From an uncultured Candidatus Saccharibacteria bacterium (GTDB lineage Bacteria > Patescibacteriota > Saccharimonadia > Saccharimonadales > JACDBH01): 64,000 nt of DNA. The translations under genes were made by a program, and so were the position numbers. Position 1 is the stretch's first letter; each line of letters begins with the position of its first letter. The DNA lies in NCBI GenBank assembly GCA_964641015.1, contig CAZXJN010000003.1, forward strand, positions 1,819 through 65,818. Reading direction: 5' to 3'. This document shows positions 57,421 to 64,000 of the stretch, piece after piece. The notes beneath the pieces were generated by a model. It saw nothing but the letters and a program-made list of their open reading frames with translations. It was not told the origin of the DNA and did not search any database.

Positions 57421-57673
57421 GGTTTTTATTTGCGATAAGCTCTTTGCTACTATGTACCTAATGGGCGTTTTAGTAGTCTGTATCGGCACTCTAGTGGTAA
57501 TAGCCTTCTTGTTAAAAGTTAAGTCAAGAATCACGTACTTCTGCGCACGAAAAAATAAGACATTCACAAAGTCTTTAAAACACGAGTTCACCACTTTTAA
57601 TTGGGGAAAGAAGCACGCCACCTATTGTCCATATTGCAAGGAAGTTCACTGGGTAACAAGTCATTGGAAATAA
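57419..57673 (+). CDS. Small AT-rich ORF (84 aa) with one TM helix and a C-terminal CPYC motif
   Basis: It exactly fills the space between the two repeat copies. AGGAA lies upstream of the ATG. Confidence 0.35.
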   Translation: MVFICDKLFATMYLMGVLVVCIGTLVVIAFLLKVKSRITYFCARKNKTFTKSLKHEFTTFNWGKKHATYCPYCKEVHWVTSHWK

Positions 57674-57790
57674 AATAAGAAATGCGAGACTCCTTCAGAA
57701 GCCTGTTTTCTAAGACCAAACACTAGAAAATACTAAATCTGCAATTATTTACCCTGTAAAAACCAGGCCTTTTATGGATAGGAGTTTTAC
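57668..57790. repeat. Copy 2 of the ~123-bp imperfect direct repeat
   Basis: See copy 1. Confidence 0.7.
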
Positions 57791-57795
57791 AGATT

Positions 57796-57828
57796 TAAAA
57801 ACCGCCCTACTAACAGGGGGCGGTTTTT
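57796..57828 (-). terminator. Intrinsic terminator after rplA (bidirectional shape)
   Basis: aaaaACCGCCCtactaacaggGGGCGGTtttt. Confidence 0.75.
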
Positions 57829-57864
57829 ATCTATGATCTAAGATCTACTATCTAAAATCTAGTC

Positions 57865-58872
57865 CTAGAGTTCAGTCGGCAGGACCTTGATACCAGGGCC
57901 CATTGTCGAGCTGACGGTGATGGCTTTGACGTAGTTACCTTTGATGCTCGAAGGTTTGTTGGACTTGATCGAGTCAAAGATAGCCTGGGTGTTGGCCATG
58001 AGCTTGTCTGCACCGAAGGACACCTTGCCTACGCCGAGGTGAACGATACCGGTAGAATCAACACGGTATTCAACACGGCCAGCCTTAGCTTGCTGTACGG
58101 CTTTTGCCACATCGGTGGTGACGGTGCCGCTCTTTGGGTTTGGCATCAGGCCTTTTGGTCCTAGGGTGCGTGCGTGTTTACCGAGCTTTGGCATAAGTGC
58201 CGGAGTAGAAACGAGCACGTCGAACTCAATTTGGCCTTTTTCAATGGCTTTGAGCAGCTGATCCTGATCGGTAATATCAGCGCCTGCTTTTTTGGCGGCC
58301 GCCTCGTCGTCAGCCTCAACAAGCGCGGCTACACGGATTGTCTTGCCGGTGCCGCTTGGCAAGGTCACGTTATCGCGAATATTCTGATCGGCTTGGCGTG
58401 GGTCCACATTCAGGTTGATGTGCAGCTCAACAGTGGCATCAAACTTAGTAGTACTTGTCTTTGTCGCCAGCTCTAGAGCGTCTTTGATGGCGTACTGCTT
58501 GTCTTTTTCGATAAGCTCGGCAGCCTTGCGCAGCTTTTTGCCAGCACGCTCTAGGCGCGAACGAGTCGGGTTTTTTGCAGGTTTTGGCGCTTCGGCAGCG
58601 TCAGCCTTGCCTGCCTTACGGGCCTCCTTAGCTTCGAGCTCTTCAGCTTCTTTTAGCGCTTTCGCACTGCGCTTGCCTGCTTTGGCGGTCTTTACTTCTT
58701 CTTGTTCTTTGACACTTGCTTCAGTCGTAGCTTGAGTGCCTTCTTCAGAATTCCCATCGCTTTGCTCCTTTGCAGCGTTAATTGCGGCTTCGATTTCTGC
58801 GATTGTGTTTTTTTCCGTAACTTCGAGCTTCAGCTCCTTGGCTTCAGCTAATAGATCGGCTTTCTTTGCCAT
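57865..58872 (-). CDS. rplA: Ribosomal protein L1 with a ~110-aa Lys/Ala/Glu-rich N-terminal extension
   Basis: The L1 core runs from about YAIKDALELATK...FDATVELHINL to the end. The start at 58872 (MAKKADLL) has RBS AAAGGAA. Confidence 0.9.
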   Translation of the reverse strand: MAKKADLLAEAKELKLEVTEKNTIAEIEAAINAAKEQSDGNSEEGTQATTEASVKEQEEVKTAKAGKRSAKALKEAEELEAKEARKAGKADAAEAPKPAKNPTRSRLERAGKKLRKAAELIEKDKQYAIKDALELATKTSTTKFDATVELHINLNVDPRQADQNIRDNVTLPSGTGKTIRVAALVEADDEAAAKKAGADITDQDQLLKAIEKGQIEFDVLVSTPALMPKLGKHARTLGPKGLMPNPKSGTVTTDVAKAVQQAKAGRVEYRVDSTGIVHLGVGKVSFGADKLMANTQAIFDSIKSNKPSSIKGNYVKAITVSSTMGPGIKVLPTEL

Positions 58873-58964
58873 TTTATTCCTTTCGTGGTGCAGATGGACG
58901 CTGTTTACAGCGGCCTCCCACAAATTATTTGTTATTTAATTATACAAGATAACAGCTATAAATG

Positions 58965-59243
58965 CTAGCGATGATCACCGATAAAATCGACATCGATACC
59001 TGCCTCGTGCAGCAGGGCTTGGGCTGCTTCGGGTGTAGGCCGTTTCCATGCTTCACCAACAGTATTATCGTAAACATCTTTAGACATAAGTGCGGCTGAG
59101 GTGTCTGTGAGAAATTCTTGCCTGGCTTGTGCTAGCTCGATAGCAGTTTGCTCTTGGTATGCTTCACGCATTTTTTCCTGGGTAGCTTCATCGGCTGCAA
59201 AGTAGGCGGCCCTTCGAGCCTCTTCGTCTTTGGGTAATTCCAT
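58965..59243 (-). CDS. Small acidic hypothetical protein (92 aa) inserted between rplK and rplA
   Basis: Its start is 5 nt after the rplK stop, and the terminal GAGGAG codons of rplK act as an SD. Confidence 0.5.
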   Translation of the reverse strand: MELPKDEEARRAAYFAADEATQEKMREAYQEQTAIELAQARQEFLTDTSAALMSKDVYDNTVGEAWKRPTPEAAQALLHEAGIDVDFIGDHR

Positions 59244-59248
59244 AATTT

Positions 59249-59680
59249 TTACTCCTCTACCTCTACGCCCATAGAGCGGGCAGTGCCAGCGACCATCTTT
59301 TTGACTGATTCGATGTCGTCAGCATTCATGTCTTCCATCTTGGCTTCGGCAATTTCAGTCAGCTGTGCCTGGGTTAGCTTTTTTGGCAACTTTTCTTTAT
59401 TGGGTACACCCGAGCCTTTTTGCACGCCAAGTGCTTTGCGGATTAGGTCGTCTGTCGGGGTGCCAACTGCACGCCAGTCCATCGTGCGATCATCATAGAT
59501 GGTGATGTGGACGGTAAGGTCCTGCCCCATTTTGTCTTTGGTGGCGTCGTTGAACGGCTGGATAAAATCCATCATGTTTACGCCGTACTGACCAAGAGTG
59601 CTTCCTACCGGAGGCGCTGCACTGGCTTGGCCGCCCTTGATTTTCATTTTTAGATTAGCTTTTACCTTCTTTTCTGCCAT
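59249..59680 (-). CDS. rplK: Ribosomal protein L11
   Basis: Canonical KGGQASAAPPVGSTLGQYGVN. Confidence 0.95.
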   Translation of the reverse strand: MAEKKVKANLKMKIKGGQASAAPPVGSTLGQYGVNMMDFIQPFNDATKDKMGQDLTVHITIYDDRTMDWRAVGTPTDDLIRKALGVQKGSGVPNKEKLPKKLTQAQLTEIAEAKMEDMNADDIESVKKMVAGTARSMGVEVEE

Positions 59681-59821
59681 AAAAATTCTCCGAATTTAGG
59701 TAGTTAGTAAATGGTAGCTAGTAGGTGGATTATCTGTAGTTAGCTATGAAGCTGTACTAACTACTATCTACTAACGACTATCTACCGCGACCTCCTGGGT
59801 CGCATTGTGCGTAACTGCTGA

Positions 59822-59850
59822 ATTATACTACAGTTTACCCCTGTTGTCTA
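59822..59850 (-). promoter_or_regulatory. Consensus-like promoter for rplK-(orf)-rplA
   Basis: On the minus strand: TAGACA, a 17-nt spacer (ACAGGGGTAAACTGTAG), then TATAAT. Confidence 0.55.
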
Positions 59851-59865
59851 GCGCGGGCTCTGGAT

Positions 59866-60231
59866 TTAGCCGGCTGCTTGTGCGTTGAAAAACATCGCCA
59901 GGTTATAACGGACGCTTGCAGAGGAGTTGCGGCCGCGGTGAACCAGTTCTTTTGCCCTGCTTTGAATCACGATATCGCCGGCGTCTACAGGAATGGATCG
60001 TACTTCACCTTTATTATCGTAGTATTCAAACAGCCCATCTGGGCTAAGCTGCATTGTTAAGCTGGCGCTGAAAGGCGCATCAGTATGAAAAGCTTGTTCG
60101 CCAAAAGGCTGCTGTATATTCACCTGATATGAGCGTAAGTTATCCAGGCGTACCTGGACACTAGTTATAAGACCTAGAGTTTCTAGCAGGGAGTCTGGCG
60201 CTGCCGGCTGATTGTTGTGTTGCCAGAGCAC
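59866..60231 (-). CDS. Double-stranded beta-helix protein resembling 2OG-Fe(II) oxygenases, possibly 5'-truncated or using a non-canonical start
   Basis: An HxD...H...R pattern (FHTDAP ... LVHRGRN ... VRYNL). The same frame stays open and coding-like upstream to 60408 without any ATG, GTG or TTG. Confidence 0.45.
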   Translation of the reverse strand: MLWQHNNQPAAPDSLLETLGLITSVQVRLDNLRSYQVNIQQPFGEQAFHTDAPFSASLTMQLSPDGLFEYYDNKGEVRSIPVDAGDIVIQSRAKELVHRGRNSSASVRYNLAMFFNAQAAG

Positions 60232-60383
60232 ATAGCCCTTATTGCCGCACTCATCATCAAAAGTAGGAGCAATGGTGTCTAAATCTTTCGGAATGCTGCT
60301 TGCAGCTTGTTCTAGAGCCTCTACCCCTAACTCCTGCCTAAGTATTGTAAGCCCAGGCTCAGTATAGATTTCGGTATGATCCC

Positions 60384-60926
60384 CTAGACTTTTTTTACTT
60401 GGAGGGAGTCAAGCTCTACCGGTGTTTCGCGGCCAAACATGTTGACCAGTACCTTGAGCTTGCCTTTCTGCTCATCGAGTTCGTTGATGGCGCCATCAAA
60501 GCCCTTGAATGGACCGTCGGTAATGTTGACGACATCGCCCACACTGTAGTCCATCTTGTGCTTTGGCTCTTCGCGGCCCATACGCTTCATAATCTTTTCG
60601 ATCTCATCGTTGGATACGGGGGTGGGTTCGGTGCCGGTGCCGACAAACCCTGTAACACTCGGGGTGTTGCGCACAATGTACCAGGCGTCTTCTGTCAGTT
60701 TCATCTGTACGAGTACATAGCCTTGGAAAATCCGCTTTTCGACGACTTTGCGCTTGCCGTTTTTGATCTCGATCATTTTTTCTTTAGGAACGAGAACCTG
60801 ATAAATTTTATCCTTCATGTCCAAGCTCTCTGCGCGCTGGCGGATACTTTCTGCGACTTTTTCTTCATAGCCGCTGTAAGTGTGAATGGCGTACCATTGC
60901 TTGGTTGTATCGTATCTCTTACTCAC
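60384..60926 (-). CDS. nusG: Transcription termination/antitermination factor NusG
   Basis: The NGN domain (WYAIHTYSGYEEKV) and the KOW domain (GDVVNITDGPFKGFDGAI). Confidence 0.95.
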   Translation of the reverse strand: MSKRYDTTKQWYAIHTYSGYEEKVAESIRQRAESLDMKDKIYQVLVPKEKMIEIKNGKRKVVEKRIFQGYVLVQMKLTEDAWYIVRNTPSVTGFVGTGTEPTPVSNDEIEKIMKRMGREEPKHKMDYSVGDVVNITDGPFKGFDGAINELDEQKGKLKVLVNMFGRETPVELDSLQVKKV

Positions 60927-60970
60927 TTTTTGCTTCCTTTCGAGGGTGGTTATAGATTTCGTTGATGTGA

Positions 60971-61435
60971 TTACCTGCTGAATACAATTCTCTGGATTGC
61001 GTTATCGAGCACCCAGTCGATGCCGGCAGCGCCCAGTCCAAACACTAGTGCGAACACCAATACAGCGAAGGTCATTTTCCAGGTTTCACGACGCGTTGGC
61101 CAATGAACTTGCCTGAGCTCCCTGTATGAGTTTCTGAAATAGCGCGGCCATAGGATTCGACCGATCCAGCGACCGACAAAACGTACCGGGCGGGTTCTCA
61201 GCGGAGCAGTAATAAAATGCAGCGGCTTTTTGATCGGTGAAAACAAGCGGCCTACTTTTTTTAGTAGTCGCTTGAACCGGCTCTTGGGCTTTGCGGCGCG
61301 TGCCTCTGCTTTGGCGGTTGCTCTTTGCGTGCGCTCGCGGATCGTTTCTGTTTTGCGAACACGAGGCTTACGCACAAGCTTCTTAGCCACTGTCTTCGAC
61401 TCCTTGTTGTCTGCTGGTTTGGTTGGTTTTGCCAC
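60971..61435 (-). CDS. secE: Preprotein translocase subunit SecE with a ~95-aa basic N-terminal extension
   Basis: The C-terminal core (YRELRQVHWPTRRETWKMTFAVLVFALVFG) and the position upstream of nusG. GTG start. Confidence 0.8.
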   Translation of the reverse strand: MAKPTKPADNKESKTVAKKLVRKPRVRKTETIRERTQRATAKAEARAAKPKSRFKRLLKKVGRLFSPIKKPLHFITAPLRTRPVRFVGRWIGRILWPRYFRNSYRELRQVHWPTRRETWKMTFAVLVFALVFGLGAAGIDWVLDNAIQRIVFSR

Positions 61436-61498
61436 CTTGTTGTAACCTCTCTTGAAATTAAAAAGAGCTTATCATAAAGATAAGCTGCCTTGGGTGTC

Positions 61499-61527
61499 AA
61501 TATACTCCTTTCGCAACAGATAGTCAA
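61499..61527 (-). promoter_or_regulatory. Candidate promoter for secE-nusG
   Basis: On the minus strand: TTGACT, 17 nt, then TATATT. An overlapping alternative is TTGACA-18-TATGAT. Confidence 0.4.
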
Positions 61528-61570
61528 GCAGGGTGACAGGTAGAGCCTGGTAGGCAGGTGTGATGTAGGA

Positions 61571-63121
61571 TTGGTTCTCGCAAACCGCCATCATGCTCAT
61601 GCTATACTTGGGATTATGTTAGATGTGCCCTTGCAGCTGGCGATGGCAGCTGCATTCGCAGGTGTAGTGTTTGAGCTTGCTGGCGCTTTGATTCGATCAA
61701 AGCTCATTCGGGGTGTGTGCTACGCAGCCAGTATTCCCACCACTTCTTTCGGAGTGGTTGTGCTGCTGGCTTACGATTTGCGCCTGATATCGCTTGGCGT
61801 AGCTTTTGTAGCAATATTTAGGATAATCAATGCGCTGCGGGCCATCGAAGGCCGGATGAGTGAACCACGGCTGTATTTTGTGTCCCGCCGTACAAGTTTG
61901 AAGCTGCTGGTAGCCCAGATTGTTTTTTATATAGCCTGGTGGCTTGTGCGCTATCTGGATATCGCCCTGCTTGAGACATTGGAGGTGCTGCTGGGCATAT
62001 CTACGGCCATGAGCTTGGTGTTTGTGTATTCGGTGCGGCGCACCCTCAAAAAATCCGCATTTAGAAAGTCCGATATGCATTATGCTGATATGGAGCTGCC
62101 TTCGGTTAGCGTGTGTATCCCTGCCCGAAACGAAACCGAAGATTTACCGGCTTGCTTAGCGGCGCTTATCAAAAGTGATTATCCAAAACTCGAAATACTG
62201 GTGCTGGATGACTGCTCGCAAGATCGCACCAGCGAAATTATCAAGGGTTTCGCCCAGGATGGAGTGCGATTTATTGCTGGTGAGCCCATCAAGAAGGGTT
62301 GGCTTGCCAAGAATCAAGCCTATCAGGCGCTTGCTGAGGCAGCTAGTGGCGAAATTTTATTGTTCACAGGCGTCGATACGCGCTTTAGCCCATCCGCCAT
62401 ACGTACTCTTGTCGGCAGCATGCTGGCGCGAAGGAAGCAGATGATTTCGGTGCTTCCTAGGGCGGTGCAGACCAAGGAGCACGCGCTGCTAGTACAGCCA
62501 ATGCGCTACTGGTGGGAGCTAGCTTTGCCGCGTCGATGGTTTAACCGTCCACCGGTGTTGAGCACGGTATGGATGATAAGCCGACAGGCGTTTTTTGGAC
62601 GGGGCGAGATGAAGGCTATTCGCAGCAGTATTATGCCTGAGGGATATTTTGCCCGCGAGCTGACCCGTACTGATGAGTACAGCTTTATGAGATCAAGCGG
62701 CAAGTTGGACATTACCACTGCAAAGCGCCTTCCCGATCAATGGCAAACTGCCATTCGTACTCGTTATCCACGGCTGCGCCAGCGCCCGGAGAACGTATTT
62801 TTGGTTGTGCTACTTGAGCTGTGGCTGTGCGCACTGCCTGCGAGCTTGTTCTTAGTTGGCTTTTTCGTGCAGCTGGAGCTTTTATGGCTGCTGGCAGGGC
62901 TCAACACTTTTGCACTGCTGTATGTGCACTACAAAATCATGGTGGCATGGGGTGTGCGCCAGCCTAGCTTGGCGCTGGCGTTGTTCTTTGTTGCGGTAGT
63001 GTTGGAGATATGGCTAACGCTGCTATCAATGATCCGCTATGAATTTTCACATGTTGACTGGAAAGGTCGCGACATCTGCATCCCTGTCATGAAGCATTAC
63101 AAAAAGCTGCCATCTAATTAG
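61571..63121 (+). CDS. Membrane-embedded family 2 glycosyltransferase
   Basis: A GT2 core (VSVCIPARNETEDLPACLAAL...ILVLDDCSQDRT) flanked by N- and C-terminal TM bundles. The start is uncertain: TTG at 61571 or a downstream ATG. Confidence 0.75.
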   Translation: MVLANRHHAHAILGIMLDVPLQLAMAAAFAGVVFELAGALIRSKLIRGVCYAASIPTTSFGVVVLLAYDLRLISLGVAFVAIFRIINALRAIEGRMSEPRLYFVSRRTSLKLLVAQIVFYIAWWLVRYLDIALLETLEVLLGISTAMSLVFVYSVRRTLKKSAFRKSDMHYADMELPSVSVCIPARNETEDLPACLAALIKSDYPKLEILVLDDCSQDRTSEIIKGFAQDGVRFIAGEPIKKGWLAKNQAYQALAEAASGEILLFTGVDTRFSPSAIRTLVGSMLARRKQMISVLPRAVQTKEHALLVQPMRYWWELALPRRWFNRPPVLSTVWMISRQAFFGRGEMKAIRSSIMPEGYFARELTRTDEYSFMRSSGKLDITTAKRLPDQWQTAIRTRYPRLRQRPENVFLVVLLELWLCALPASLFLVGFFVQLELLWLLAGLNTFALLYVHYKIMVAWGVRQPSLALALFFVAVVLEIWLTLLSMIRYEFSHVDWKGRDICIPVMKHYKKLPSN

Positions 63122-63218
63122 TCTGATCAGGCGCTGGGTCTGAACTGGATGATTCTGATTTTGCCCCTGCCATATCTGGTACAAATACGGTAAATACCGA
63201 TCCTTTGTTGATCTTGCT

Positions 63219-64000
63219 TTAGACTGTAACTTTTGCACCTATCAACTGTGTGAGTTTTTGCGTGACATACAACCCTAGACCAGTGCCAGAGCTTTTACGG
63301 GTGCGATAATCTTCGCTGCGGTAGAACTTTTCGAAGATTTTCTTTTGTTCGGGCTCGCTGATGCCAATGCCGGTGTCGCTAATAATAAAATTGACTCCGC
63401 CAGGTGCAGGTCGGGCGCTGAGGGTGACCGAGCCGTGCTCGGTGTATTTAATAGCATTTGTTATAAAGTTCTGCAGGATTTCGCGCACGTAGAGCGAGCT
63501 GTTGTGCAGCAGCTCGAGGCTTGGGTCGATTTCAGTGTGGAATGTCAGATTTTTTTTCTCGGCCTCTGGTACATAATTTTGCGACAAGGTATGCAGCAGC
63601 TGGTTGACATTGATAGATACAAAATTCAAATGCTGCGCAGTACCGTTTTCGGCCCGCGACAAGGTAGAGAGGTCATTGATCAAGCTGCTCAAGAATAACA
63701 CTTGGTCATGAGCTTGATGGACGGCATTGTCTATGGCGCGGATATCGCCGTCGTTTTGGATTGCGAGGATAGCGTTTGAGAGGTTGCCCTCGGCAATAGT
63801 GACGGGGGTGCGAAGCTCGTGGCTAACAACGCTGACGAATTCATTACGCTCTTCTTCGAGTGATTTTTCGTGGGTGATGTCGCGGATGAGGATCACAAAC
63901 CCTGATTTGATACCGCTGCCGTAGCTTTGCCGTACCGGCGCGATACTTAGGTAAATGCTGATAAAACTGTCGTCGTCGTAACGCAGCTGGTAGTCACGGG
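63219..64000 (-). CDS. Sensor histidine kinase, 5'-partial (continues beyond the window)
   Basis: The H-box SHELRTPVT and the HATPase_c N and G boxes (NFITNAIKYT, DTGIGI, GTGLGL). The frame is open from 63896 to the window end with a PAS-like sequence. Confidence 0.85.
   Translation of the reverse strand, partial: RDYQLRYDDDSFISIYLSIAPVRQSYGSGIKSGFVILIRDITHEKSLEEERNEFVSVVSHELRTPVTIAEGNLSNAILAIQNDGDIRAIDNAVHQAHDQVLFLSSLINDLSTLSRAENGTAQHLNFVSINVNQLLHTLSQNYVPEAEKKNLTFHTEIDPSLELLHNSSLYVREILQNFITNAIKYTEHGSVTLSARPAPGGVNFIISDTGIGISEPEQKKIFEKFYRSEDYRTRKSSGTGLGLYVTQKLTQLIGAKVTV

Noticed and set aside
57184-57621. A 145-aa minus-strand ORF, and the extended N-terminus of dcd (track start 57194).
   Set aside because: The sequence is AT-rich and low-complexity and overlaps the direct-repeat unit. 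The Dcd homology begins at VFSNTEIRQAI, and a GTG with a strong RBS lies at 57104.

Overview
This is a 64-kb, gene-dense bacterial chromosomal segment with about 75 supported CDS and one tRNA. I saw no rRNA and no CRISPR array. All calls come from reading the ORF track and the sequence by eye; I ran no database search and computed no GC statistics.

Backbone, in order:
- An F1Fo ATP synthase operon (atpZ-like, atpB-E-F-H-A-G-D-C).
- An MIP channel, a UvrD-type helicase-nuclease and queA.
- An aerobic respiration module: NDH-2, an FAD-linked oxidase, heme O synthase and cyoABCD.
- tRNA-Gln(UUG).
- Envelope genes: PAP2, a sortase with an LPXTG substrate, GT2, GT4 and GT-C glycosyltransferases.
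- A Cu/Zn-SOD-like protein and an AI-2E transporter.
- cysS, a DHH phosphoesterase, recR, ybaB, dnaB and dnaX.
- A secE-nusG-rplK-rplA ... rplJ-rplL cluster interrupted at three points.
- A 5'-partial histidine kinase at the right edge.

The gene content (sortase/LPXTG, extended ribosomal proteins, small inserted ORFs, a cyo oxidase) suggests a small-genome monoderm such as a Saccharibacteria/CPR-like organism. That is inference only.

Most notable observations:
1. A 3.5-kb AT-rich island sits immediately after tRNA-Gln. It is bracketed by 227/228-bp near-perfect inverted repeats. It carries a controller-methyltransferase-endonuclease R-M system plus a three-gene cassette of paralogous wHTH proteins of unknown function.
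2. Four small acidic ORFs are translationally coupled inside the ATP synthase operon, alongside a shortened delta subunit.
3. A cell-surface locus has three proteins sharing seven copies of an unnamed ~70-95-aa module, next to a sortase and a GT2.
4. A dcd plus tmk-thyX fusion block, together with an apparently non-coding structured region, is inserted between rplA and rplJ.
5. An 11-nt motif, ACAACAGGGGT, recurs at promoters of rplK, rplJ and dnaX.
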